The notes beneath the pieces are model-generated. The model did no database searches, was not told where the DNA came from, and saw only the letters and a program-made list of their open reading frames with translations. A stretch of DNA of 64,000 nt, from the NCBI GenBank assembly GCA_965603825.1, contig CBFDEM010000053.1, positions 496,001-560,000 of the forward strand, in the 5' to 3' direction. Numbering within the stretch: the first letter of the stretch is position 1; every line of letters begins with the position of its first letter. Positions 25,086 to 38,181 of the stretch are shown piece by piece. The DNA is from Blepharisma stoltei ATCC 30299 (lineage: Eukaryota; Protista; Ciliophora). The position numbers and the translations under genes were made by a program.

Positions 25086-28000
25086 ATGGGAGTCATTTTA
25101 TTTGAGCTCAAAGGATTTTTAAAATTACTTTTTTTGACTTTTATAACAGTTTCAACCTCCTCAGAAGTTTTAATTGTTTATTCTCATGCATCAAAGAGCG
25201 CCGCTGCAAGCTTATTCGCCGATGTGATAACAAGTGTTTCCAATATCTCCTTAATTGAAATATTTTCTTGTGATTTTAACTTTCTTGATGAAGAGATTTC
25301 AAAACATCCCAACCTAATTGCTATTTTTGACATCACAGATAACTTAACTTCTCAATTTAAGATATCAAAGCTTTGCAAAGACAAGCTTCTTATACATTTT
25401 CTAGTTTCTGAGAGCATGCCTTACAAAAATAACTGAACTTTTATGCTTTCTGCCCCAAAAACAAATCTATGTGAGGCTTTTATTACAACATTAAAATACT
25501 TTAATTGAACTACTGGTGTCGCATTTAGCAGTGTTAAAAATTATCCAATTTATCAAGCCAATCTTCATAATTATTCTGAAAAAATAGACTTATTTTCTGC
25601 GAGCTCAGGAGCCTTTGTTACAAATTTTATTCAAAAAGAAGTCTTGAGGCTAGGCTCATCACTATTTTATTTGTTTGCAGACAATAATAGCTCTATTGAA
25701 ATACAAAAAAATTTAAAATCTTCGAAAATGCTTACTAATGGAACTGGAATTCTACTAATCAGCGAAAGTAGTTATGGATCAACCATAGAAGGAGCATTAG
25801 CTATTGTCGAAAAAGGCAAAGAAACTGCAGAATCTTATGAGAAATACCTATATCTTACTATTTTAGACATGATTTCTCTTTTAAGCAATGCTTCAAGTTA
25901 TGATGACTCTTTAATTATGTTATTGGAAAAGTGCCCAAATCACTATTGTGTTAATGGATTCTCCCTTGTAAATATACATGAAAACCAAAGAAAATTTGTT
26001 GGATCTATAACCAATGGGATATTAATGTTGAATTCCTCAATCGTTTTCCCAGGGAATTCTGTTGAAATTCCAATATCTCAAAAAAAATATTTATATGTCA
26101 GTGCCAATGATGGGACAACCAACCCTGATGCTGCCCCTTCTGAATTCGTGATACTTTATAATAGAGGGTTTGCATCAGCTTTAAAAGATATGAACACTGG
26201 TAATGATATTTTACAAAATTTTCAGCTGAAATTGAATGATTTTGATTGTGGAGCAGCTGTATATAACGCTGCTTTTAATTATAATTGCATTAATAAAGAT
26301 AAAGATAAACTAGGTTTGGCGCGCATTATGGCTTCGAGCTCTCTATTAGCTTATGGAGAAATTGCCACGCTAGCAAAATTAAATATCACTCTACCTTGCA
26401 TTGGGGCTTTAAATGTCGATTCAGGCCTTTCAAACTCTACCAAATATCCATTTTATTCAAGAGTGAGTGTACCGAGCACTGTCTTATTTTCACAAGTTCC
26501 ATTAATATTAAAAGTCATGGGCTGAAGAAATATCGCGATTTTATATCAGAATGATAGCTTAGGCACCACAGCAAATTATTATATCAATCAAGCGAATGAA
26601 AAACAAAATTTAAATATCATCAATAAATTAAAAATAATCCCTCCACTTTTGACCAGAGGCCAATTAAAAAATTATTCGCATGTATTTCAAGATATTATTG
26701 ATACAAATGCAAGAATGATTGTTTTAATATTAAATCCTCCTTTAATTGATTATGCTGCAGAGCTATTTTATGATTTGGGAATGAGAAAGGGGGATATGAT
26801 TTTTTATTCTCCTAATGTAGGGTGGCTGTCTTCTGTGGCGAATAAAGATGATTATACATATAAAAGAATAGAAGTTGCTATTCCGTTATTAGCTGTATAT
26901 CAATCATTTTTTGTAGGTGAAAAAGGAAAAAGTGTTCATGATGATTTATATAAATCATATGGTAATTTAGAGCCTAGCTCATTCTCTTGTTTGTTTTATG
27001 ATTCATTATATTTAGTTGGGGCAGCTTTGGATTGGACTATAAATCAAGGAAAAGATTACACCGACCCTACAAGCCTTCAATCAGCCATAAGAAGTGTAAA
27101 ATTCGCTGGATGCAGCGGAACTATTTATATGCAAAAAAATAGTAATGATGTACAATTAACTAGTTTTACAATCCAATCTAACTTTTATAATTCTACAACA
27201 TCTGCATTAAAAATATATGACGTTGGGCTTTTAGCACCTACAAGCTTAAAAGTTTTGACCATTGAAACTCCTTTCATATATGCAGATGGAACTAGTAATA
27301 AGCCTACAGATTTTAGGATAACAAGGACTAATTGTCCATTTGATGATAAACTAAAGCAAACATTTGCTAAAGGCCGAGCTTTGGTTTTTGGAATTTGCTT
27401 TTTTATTGCTGTTGTGACAACGATTGTGACTTTTGTTGTTTGGAAAAAGTGATGGAACTTGAAGGTAGAGGAGCTTACAAAAAGTGAAGAGCTTTCAATA
27501 GCAGATATGATTGTTGGGATTACAATTGTGGTAGAGTTTTTCCAATTACTTTCACAGGGTCCTGATATCAGACCGTTAAATTCAATGTTGGATGATATTG
27601 GAGATGCAGTATCCTTAGATGTTAAGGGGCTTTTAAAGTTTGAAAATAATATTTTTTGGTGGTTTTATACAGCAATCATTATTTTATGTGGGCTTTGGTG
27701 TATTTTTTGTATAGAAATTTTCTGACACCTAGATGAAACGTTCAATAATATTTGATTTTTTAGAGCTCTAGGAATTTTAGCTGATTATTCCATGCCAATT
27801 TTGGGAAATTTATGCTTCATCCCATTTATATCAATCCTTCTGGAAGTTTTTGTGTGTGATAATTCTATTGGAAATGATTTTAAAGACAGCTACCTTTCTA
27901 TTGATTGCTATCAATTCTGTTGACAAGGAAGCCATATTCCTTATGCTATTTTATCAACTGTTTCATTAATATGCTATCATCCTTTTGCAGTATATTGCAG

Positions 28001-28508
28001 GCCTCTTTGGCAAGAATTTCAGCATGAATTGCATGTAAAATCATTCCCTCTGTATTTAATGGTAAAAACAGTCGTCCAAGTGGTCTTAATAGTTATGAAT
28101 AAAACAATTAAAAGATCGAATGATATAGCGCATGGATTTTTATTTACTTTTTTAGTTATTTTTTATATACTCATTTTATTGAAATTTAAAGCTTATAACT
28201 ATGAGAGGTTTAACTGATGGCACAATTTGACCCTTGCTGGTGTTACTTGGGTATCTTTTCTATCAACAATGAATTTCCTTATTAATGGAAAGAGCTTTCC
28301 ATGAATTTCCCTTATTTTAGGGGGATGAGGAGTTTTAGCATTAATAGGATTGCTTGTCCAGAAGAAAAAATATCCAAGTTTATTATTTCGAAAGAAAGGA
28401 AAAGATACCTCAAACTTATTTAAATTTGCATTTTCGTTTGGAAAGAAGTCGAAAGATCACCATTCAAAAATAATACCTCAAAAACTTGATTTGCTTAGTT
28501 CTAAATAA
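25086..28508 (+). CDS. R4: double-VFT ~9TM receptor, intact, ~1140 aa (start uncertain)
   Basis: ORFs 25065, 25644, 26649, 27459 and 28029 share one frame, to TAA 28506. First in-frame ATG is at 25086. Confidence 0.83.
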
Positions 28509-28997
28509 ATAAATATTAGTCTTTTATATAATGAATTTTAAAATTAGCAATAAGCTGCTACACTACTGGATTTATTTTTTAGCAGGTTATACAGTTTATC
28601 TAAAATTGTGAAAATATTGTGCCTTAAGTTTATTGCACTTCTAATTCATTCATAATTTTTTAATAATATATTTAGATTTTTTAAAGTAGAAAAAAGCTTA
28701 AATAGAAAATTTTATTATAGATAGCATTAATTTCTTTTAAATCAGATTTTTACCTAACTGATATAGAAAAATTTTTAAATCCAATTATAAATTTATATTT
28801 ACTAAAAAAAAAACTTTATATTTTGAGACTTTTAGGCAACTTTCAGGGTTTTAATTGAGCTTCTGACGTCCATCATAAAGTACTTTTAAATATGTAAATA
28901 CCTGATCTTTTTTAAAATAAAATTAAATATAACTCAAATCAATTGATTAGAAAGCTGCAAAACAATTTTAAGTTTTTTAAATTTAAGAAAACAAATA

Positions 28998-31900
28998 ATG
29001 AAACGAAATGGTTTTTGTCAAGTAGTTTTGCAGTGTCTTTTTTGTTTTAATTGAGCTTTCTTGATCTTTAGAAGTGCTGATTGTGCATTCTAGCTCCTCA
29101 AATATATCTATTTCAAGTTTAATTAATGATATCAATGCAAAAATCACTGGGGATCATTCAATTGAAATTATTACTTGTGACTATTCCTTAATCAATCAAG
29201 AAATTTTTAGCCACCCGAATTTGCATGCAATTTTTGATATAACAAATCAGTTAAGGGCTCAATTCAAGATCTCGGAGCTGTGCGAGGAGCATCTTCTTAT
29301 AAATTTTCAGGTTTCTGACCACTTACTTTATAATCAAAAATGAACTTTTTCCCTTTCCAGTTCTCAGGAAAATTTAGATGACGCTTTTATTGCAACTTTA
29401 AGTTATTTAACTGAACTGCTGGTTTAGCGGTAAGCAGTATTGAAAATTATTCAAGTTGAAAAAATTGCTTAATAAATTACTCAGAAAAAATATCATTATT
29501 TTCTGTTACATCAGATACTTTAATTGAAGATTTAGTTCAAAGAGAATTTTTGAAACTCGGCTCTTCATTATTTTATATATTCTCTGACAAAAATACTTCT
29601 ATTAAAATCTAGCAAGCACTAGCCTCATCAAAGATGCTTACAAATGGAACAGGAATTTTGCTGATTGGCGAAAGCAGTTATAAATCAAGCACCAATGGAG
29701 TTCTTGCTATTGTAGAAAAGGGAAAAGAAATGGCTGACTCGTATGAAAAATATTTATCTGTATCTATTTCAGAAATGATAGGCTTTCTAAGCAATAATTC
29801 AAGCTCAATTGATTCTTTAGTTTGGCTTTTAAAACAATGCCCAAAAAATTATTGTAGTAACGAGTTTTCTTTGATTAATATTCAACAAAGGCAAAGGATG
29901 TTAGTTGGGTCGATAAAAAATCAACATTTGACTTTGAGCTCTGCATTAATTTTTCCAGGAAATTCTACTAATATTCCAGTCTCTCACCCCATTCGAGAAT
30001 GATAAATTGAAGTTATATTTTTTTTTCATAATTATAAATACTGTTTAAGATAGTGCAATTTGCATTAGTTTGAAAAGAAACCTTCAAATTAATTATTTAA
30101 TTCATAATTAAATAAGGGTCTTTTCCAGTTGATATAAAAATAGGTAAAAATTTAACTTTCGTGAGGCTAATCTTTTATAGTCAAAAATTATTGATTTTAT
30201 TTCTTTCTAGAAGTTAAAGAAAAATTATTGAAATTAGTGCAAACGATGGAACCACAAATCCCGGCTCTGACCCTTCACCAGGTATGCTAATTTATAAGAG
30301 AGGATTGACATTAGCAATGAACGATATAAACGGCGGTACTGATATTTTGCAAAATTTTCAATTAAAGCTCAATGATTTTGACTGCGGCGTACTTGCATAT
30401 AATGCAACTTTTAACTATAATTGCCTTAAAAAAGGTAAAGACACGCTAGGATTAGCTCATATATTTTCTCCTGGCTCTGAGTTGCTTATGGAGAAATTTC
30501 TAATCTGGCAAAATTAAACAAACAATTCCTTGTATTGGGTACCTCAACCTTGATCCAGGACTTTCAAACTCAACAAAATACCCCTTATACACAAGAGTGA
30601 GCTTGCCCAGTAATCTTCTGTATTATCAAGATCCACTACTACTCAAAGTTATGGGTTGGGGTAATTTTGCAATCATATATGAAAATAACAGCTTAGGATA
30701 TTGAGGAAATTATTATCTTAGTGAAGCTGCTGCAACACAGAAATTATATATTGTTAATAAATTAAGAATAATACCACAGCTACTTACGAGAAATCAGATA
30801 AAAAATTATTCAAATGTTTTCCAAGAAATTATTGATACCAATGTAAGACTCGTAGCTTTATTGCTGAGCTCTCCATTATTATATTATGCTATTGAATTGT
30901 TTTATGATTTAGGGATGAGAAAAGGTGATGTCATTTTATCTCTTCAAATGCTGCTTGGGTTTCTGAAGTTGCCAATAAAGATGACTATACATATAAAAGA
31001 GTAGAAATTGCAGTTCCTTTGCTAGCTGTGATTCAATCAGTATTTATAGGAGATAAAGGAAAGGAAGTTTATAATAAGCTATATGAAACATATGGAAACG
31101 TTAACCCAGTTTCATATTCTTGCTTTTATTATGACGCTGCGTATTTAATTGCCACTTCATTAGACTGAGTAATTAATGAAGGAAAAGACTATACAAATTC
31201 TAGTATTCTCCAGGCAGCTATTAGAGATGTAATATTTACAGGATGCAGCGGAAAAATACATATCCAAAAAGATAGTAATGATGTACAACTGACAAGCTTC
31301 ACAATTCAGTCGAATTCTTATAACTCTACAACCGGAGTTTTGCATGTTTTTGATGTGGGATATTTTACACCAACAAGCTCACAATTATTAACAATTAAAA
31401 CTCCTTTTATGTATCCTGATGGGAAAATTAATAAACCGACAGATTTCAGGATTACAAGAACCAATTGCCCATTTGACAATAAGCTTAAGCAGACATTTCC
31501 TAAAGGTCGTGCTCTTTCTTTTGGGATTTGTTTTTTTATTGCTGCTGCCACAGGCATTATAACATTTTTTATTTGGAAAAAATGATGAAAAATTGAAGTA
31601 GAAGAACTTAAAATAAAAGAAGAAATTTCAATATCTGACACAATTGTTGGACTTACAATTTTGATAGAGTTCTTTCAATTGATTTCACAGGGTCCTGATA
31701 TTCGGCCATTAAACTCACTTCTTGCTGATGCTGGAGATGCAGTATCCTTAGATCTGCAGACTTTTGTAAAGCTTGAAAATGGGACTTTTTGGTGGTTTGC
31801 TACAGCAATTATTATTTTGTGCTGACTGTGGGCTTTGTTTTGCATTGAAATCTTCTTTCAGTTAGATGAAAAATTTAATCATATTTGGTTTTTTAGAAAC

Positions 31901-32668
31901 TTGGGAAATTTAGCTGATTTTTCTATGCCAATTTTAGGGAATTTGTGTTTTATTCCCTTTATATTCATTCTATTAGAAATTTTTATATGTGATAATTCAA
32001 TTGGAAATGACTGATTAGATAGTTACCTAACTATTGATTGCTATCAATTCTGTTGACAAGGAGATCATATCATCTACGCGACTTTATCTGCACTCTCATT
32101 GATTTGCTATGAACCTTTCGCAGTGTTCTGCAGGCCTCTTTGGCAAGAGTTTCAGCATGAATTGCATGTAAAGTCATTTCCTCTCTATTTAATGATAAAA
32201 GCAGTGGTCCAAGTAGTTATAATAGTCTTAAATAAAACATTGAAAAGGTCAAGCAATATTGCTCATGGATTTTTGTTTACATTTTTGATGATGCTTTATA
32301 TAGGATGCTTTTATAAGTTCAAAGCTTACAAGTATGGGAGATTCAACCTATGACACCAGCTAAGTCTTGTTGGAGTTGCTTGAGTTTCGTTGCTATCTAC
32401 CATAAATTTCTTAATTTTAGGCTCCTCATTTCCTTGAATATCATTTATTATAGGTGGCTGGACAATAACAATCTTGATTGGATTTCTTATCCAAAGGAAA
32501 AAATACCCAAGTTTATTATATCGAAAAAAAGGGAGGGAAACATCAACTCTATTCAAATTTGCTTTTTCATTTAGCGCCAAATCTCTTGCCAGCCGCTCAA
32601 AAATTGGATTTCGTAAAAAAATAAATACTGTTAGATTTTCTTTCTTTAAATCTTATATATTATTGTAA
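28998..32668 (+). pseudogene. R5: receptor pseudogene
   Basis: Colinear with paralogs but has frameshifts (~29040, ~29407, ~30480, ~30945), a TAG at a conserved Gln (29610), a 230-bp insertion (29987-30216) and an altered 3' end. Confidence 0.85.
29987..30216. other. 230-bp AT-rich insertion interrupting R5
   Basis: Paralogs read IPVSQKKILYISANDG. R5 reads IPVS-ca[230 bp]a-RKIIEISANDG, and removing the 230 bp restores the local frame. Confidence 0.8.
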
Positions 32669-32916
32669 ATCCCTGATGATGGCATTCAATAATTCATCAT
32701 CGGGCAATCTGTAATATCATTTTTAAAAAATAAAAATAAACTGTTATTTAGATCTATTTATTTAACTCATATTCTAAAAGTAAATTTTGTAGTCTAAATC
32801 TTAGCGGCATTGAACGATAACACTTTAATTATTTATGCTAGAGCGATCCTATTAATGATTTTAAAGACACTCAAAAGAAGATGCTGCAGTTTCTCTTCAT
32901 GATTTTCTACCATTTG

Positions 32917-33830
32917 ACTGATGGATTGCTCAGCCAACCAAGAACTAATTATACTTATCTTCTCTCAAGGGCTTTTATATGGCACAGAATAATTAATAAT
33001 CGGCTTTTAAGAAAATTATAAACTCCTTGCTTCTTTACTATTTTAAAATTTTCGAAAAAAGACTACAAAATGAAAATATTTGATATGCATGCTAATGCTT
33101 GGCCTCTAAACCTTCTTCTTTTATGATGCTGGAGATTCAGAATCTTAAGACTTGGATACATTTTAAAGCTTGAAAATAGTGATTTGCTACAATTATTATT
33201 ATTTTATGCTAGCTATGGGTAGTTTTTTGAATTGAATTATTTTTTCATTTAGCTGAAAAAGTCAGTCATATTGATTCTTCAATGTAATAAGAATTTAAAT
33301 AATATCTTCTATACCAATTTTAGGAATTTATGCTTTACTAAGTAATATCAATCCTATAAGATGTTTTTATATAAGATTATTTAATTAGAAATGGCTAATC
33401 AGATAGCTATCTCGCCATCAATTGCTATCAGTTCTGTTGCACTCTAAAAAGATCGAGCCATGCTGCTCATGGATTCGTATTATTCTTGTTATGATGCTTG
33501 ATATAGGATTATTTTATAAATTTAAATTCCATAAATATGGAAGATTTAACTGATGAAACCAATTAAGCCTTGTGAGAGTCGTTTGAGTTTCTTTTCTGTC
33601 AACAATAAATTCCTAACTGAAGGCTCAAATATTCCAAAATTTTACTTATTTTCGGTAGCCGGGTATCTCTAGTTTGATCGGATTAGTAATCCAAAATAAG
33701 AGATATCCAAGCTTCCCTCCAGGAAGAAAAATCAAAACTATTCAAATTTGCGTTTCAATTTGGAAAGAAGTCTCAACCCCGCTACTCGAAAATATAACCC
33801 CAAAAACTAGATCTCTTCAAAAAAACTTAA
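32917..33830 (+). pseudogene. R6: heavily decayed relic of the receptor membrane half
   Basis: From ~33100 there are recognisable paralog fragments (gatgctggagat, aagcttgaaaat, ccaattttaggaattta, gatagctatctc..ttgctatcagttctgttg, gctcatggatt, tatggaagatttaactgatga, tatccaagctt, ctattcaaatttgcgttt) with many stops, indels and a deletion. The left boundary is uncertain. Confidence 0.8.
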
Positions 33831-34207
33831 ATTCCTTCTCTTTCTTAATTATTAATTATTAATTTATTTTTAAGCTATATCTCTATAATCATCATAAAAA
33901 ATTTAAAAACTTAGCTGATAATCGAGATCTATTTGAGCAGCAATTCTGCTTGAAATAAATGTAATTTATTTATATTTCAAATTTTATCATAAAAAATAGT
34001 AAATTGTTTTAATTTCAAATCTACTAAGTCTGTGGAATCTCATTATTATATTTATTGGAAAATGTCCAGATAAAATAATATTAAGTAGCGCAAAAAAGAT
34101 TTAAAATTTGCATAGGGCAGAAATATTTCTCGGCTAAATTTATAATCTTTCCTATATTTTATTCCTCAGCTATCAAATTGTTTTTTATTTTAACCTTAAT
34201 ATTTTAG

Positions 34208-37200
34208 ATGAAGAATATTAGCAAAAGCACATTCAGTAGCTACCATGGACTATTCAAACTTTTATATTTGGCATTGGTTGCGCTTTCAGCTAGTTCAGAA
34301 GTGTTAATAGTGTATTCAAATTCCTCAAAGAGTATAGTGTCAAGCATAATCGAGGAAATGGAAGCAAACATTTCTTCACTTGAAATTTTTTCTTGTGATT
34401 TTTCCTTGCTCAAAGAAGAGATTGCACTTCACACAAATTTATTAGCAATTTTTGATATAACAAGTAACCTGGATTCCCAATTTTCGATTTCCAAATTATG
34501 CCAAGACAATTCTCTTATACATTTTTTGGTTTCTGACGACCTGCTTTATCATAATAAATGGACTTTTTCACTTTCTAGTTCAAAAAATAGCCTAAATCAA
34601 GCTTTTACTACAGCTTTAAATTACTTTAATTGAAACGCAGGTACTGCTTTTAGTAACATTGAAAACTATCCTACCTCTAAAACTATATTAAGTAGCTACT
34701 CGGAAAATATCATACTGTTTCCTGTGGGTTCAGATACCTCAATTAAAGATTTGATTTCAAGAGAAATTATGAAATTCGGCTCATCGCTATTTTATTTGTT
34801 TACAGAAAAAAACAAGTCTATTGAAATCCAGGAAACACTATCCTCTTCAAAAATGCTAATAAATGGCACAGGAATTCTACTGATCGGTGAAAGCAGTTAT
34901 GAGTCAAGCATTAATGGAGCATTAGCTATTGTTGAAAAAGGTAGAGAAGCAGTGAGCTCAAATGAAAGCTATTTATCTGTTGCGATCTTAGAATTAATTA
35001 ATCTTCTAAAGAACTCTTCAAACATCAATAATTGCTTACTTTTGTTATCCAAGACATGCCCAGACCATTACTGCGCTCATGATTTTTCGCTTATTAATAT
35101 TCAAAATAATCAAAGAAAGCTTGTAGGAACTATAAAAAAAGAAAATCTAGTATTGAACTCTGTCATAGAATTCCCTGGAGACTCATTTGATGTCCCTACT
35201 TCTCAAAAGAAAGTGCTATATATTAGCGCAAATGACGGGACAACAAATCCTGGGATGGCTCCAACCCAAGCGGTTGAGCTTTATAAAAGAGGACTCACAT
35301 TAGCAATGAAAGATATGAATGATGGGATTAATACCTTGCAAAATTTCCAGCTTAAACTCAACGATTTTGACTGTGGTGCAAGCGCTTATAATGCAGATTT
35401 CAATTATAACTGCATATACAAAGACAAAAACAAACTAGGATTGGCTCGAATTATGTCTTTAGCTTCTGTAATTGCTTATGGAGAAATGGCTACATTAGCG
35501 AAATTAAATAATACAATCCCTTGTGTTGGGTATCTAAATATTGATCCAGGTCTTTCGAACTCAACAAAATACCCTTTTTATACCAGAATCATTTTTCCGA
35601 GTGATGCCTTGTACTCACAAGGTCCATTACTCTTCAAAGTTATGGGATGGGCCAATCTCGCAGTTTTATACGAAAATAGCAGCTTAGGAATCTGAGGAAA
35701 TTATTATTTCAGCTTAGCAGCTGAAAAACAGAACTTAAAAATTGTAAACAATTTAAGAGTAATTCCGCCAAACCTTACAAGGGATCAAATAAGAAGTTAC
35801 ACTAATGTAGTAAAAGAAATTGTTGATTCAAATGTTAGGATGGTTGTTTTGATTTTAAGTCCTCCTTTAATAGACTATGCTGCTGAGTTATTTTATGATT
35901 TAGGAATGAGAAAAGGGGATGTCGTTTTTTTCTCTCCAAATACTGGCTGGCTTTCTTCTGTTGCGGCTAAAGATGATTATACATACAAAAGAATAGAAAT
36001 TGGGATTCCTGTTTTAACACTATTTCAATCTGTTTTTGTGGGGGAAAAAGGGAAAAAAGTGTATGATAATTTATATGAAATATATGGAAATACAGAGCCA
36101 GCTTCATATTCTTGTCTTTATTATGATTCTGCATATTTAATTGGGGCTGCTTTGGATTGGACTATTAGCCAAGGAAAAGATTATACTGATCCGTATAAAC
36201 TCCAATCTGCCATCCGAAGTGTAAAATTTGCTGGATGCAGCGGAACAGTTTATATTCAAAAAAACAGCAATAACGTTCAAATATCAAGCTTCACAATCCA
36301 GTCAAACTCTTATAATGCCACAACAGGAATTGTTAGAGTTTTTGATGTGGGATATTTTACACCTACAAGCACACAATTATTAAAAATTAAAACTCCTTTT
36401 GTATATCCAGATGGGACTACTAATAAACCAACAGATTTTAGGATTACAAGAACTGACTGTCCATTTGACGATAAATTAAGGCGAACATTTGGTAAAGGTC
36501 GGGCACTAGCATTTGGGATTTGTTTTTTTGTTACTGCGGTCACAGGAATTATAACTTTTATTATTTGGAAAGAATGATGGAATAAAGAAATCAAGGAGCT
36601 CACAACAAAGGAAGAACTTTCAGTGCCAGACATGATTGCTGGGGCTACAATTGTGGTGGAATTTTTCCAATTGCTTTCTCAAGGCCCTGATATTCGACCG
36701 CTAAATTCTTTTCTTGCAAATATTGGAGATGCAGTATCTTTGGATCTGAATAGTTTTATTAAGCTTGAAAATGGCGTTTTTTGGTGGATTTCAACTACAA
36801 TTATTGTGCTATGCTTTTTATGAACAATATTTTGTATTGAAATATTTTTAAGATTGGATGAAAAATTTAGCCATGTTTGGTTTTTTAAAACGCTAGGGGT
36901 CATAGCTGATCAGTCAACGCCAATTTTAGGGAATTTGTGTTTTATTCAATTTATATCAATTTTATTAGATATTTTTGTATGTGACCATTCTATTGGAAAT
37001 GATTTTACAGACAGCTATCTTTCTATTGACTGCTATCAATTTTGTTAGCAAGGTAGTCATATTACCTATGCTGTTTTATCAGCAATTTCACTGCTATGCT
37101 ATGAACCTTTTGCTGTATTCTGTAGACCTCTATGGCAAGAGTTTCAGCCAGCATTACATGTGAAATCATTTCATTTATATTTAATGGTAAAAACAGTTCT

Positions 37201-37627
37201 TGAAGTGACTTTAATAGTCATGAGCAAAACTCTGAAAATGTCAAGTGACGTTGCTCATGGATTTATATTTACTTTTTTGATTTTGCTGTATATGGCATTT
37301 TTCTTCAAATTTAAAGCTTATAACTATCAAAGATTCAACTGGTGGCATCAATTGAGCCTTATTGGAGTTGCTTGGGTATCTTGCTTGTCAACTATAAACT
37401 TCCTTGTTAGCGGATCAAGTTTTCCATGGGTTTCTTTAATTATAGCTGGATGGGCAATAATCGTTTCTATAGGTCTCGCTATTCAAAGGAAAAAATATCC
37501 AAGCTTATTATATAGAAAAAAAGGAAAAGACACCTCTACATTATTCAAATTTGCATTTACTTTTGGAAAGAAATCTCAGGCAATTGGTTCAAAAATCGAA
37601 CCTCAAAAGCTTGATCTTTTTAAATAA
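34208..37627 (+). pseudogene. R7: full-length receptor copy with a single premature TAG (truncated gene or young pseudogene)
   Basis: Single frame throughout. TAG at 37046-37048 replaces the conserved Trp of CYQFCWQG. Confidence 0.75.
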
Positions 37628-38181
37628 TATTTTAAAAAATTAAAATTTCGTATAGAATTTGCATATTATTGCTTGAAATTTTGCTTATTTAGATGAAAGT
37701 TTTATCTATGGGAATTTTATTTATATCTATTCTATAGAATTCTGTGTGCGACCATTCTAAAGGAAATAATTTCCGCTTCATTCATTTGCTACTTTCAATT
37801 TATTGCTAAACAGCCATACAGTCTTAGTTGTTTTATATGTAATATCAATTATTTTTGTAATTTTATTCTTTAGAGTGAAATTCAGCATTACAGCATGAGA
37901 AAAATCTGTTTTAAATTGTATTTTGTTGGGGTATAATATGAATTCAAAATCGCTAGAATACCGATCCATTTCATAATAGGATTTCCTAGAATATTTTTTA
38001 AATCAAAATATAATTTTAAAATTAGTTTTTATCCAGTTATAACTCCATTTAAATTATAAACATTTAGTTCACTAATAGCATTTGTTTAAAACATTCTCAA
38101 ATTTAAGATTAAGTATTGCCTTCGTATTTATTACATCAAATTCTTAATTATTTTTGATAGTTGCCTTCATATAGTTTATTA

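Noticed and set aside
29610-29612. TAG at a conserved Gln in R5, suggesting TAG=Gln
   Set aside because: R5 is otherwise broken. The other in-frame TAG (R7) replaces Trp, not Gln. Several intact genes end in TAG (10968, 49073, 53845, 54131, 54524, 61292).
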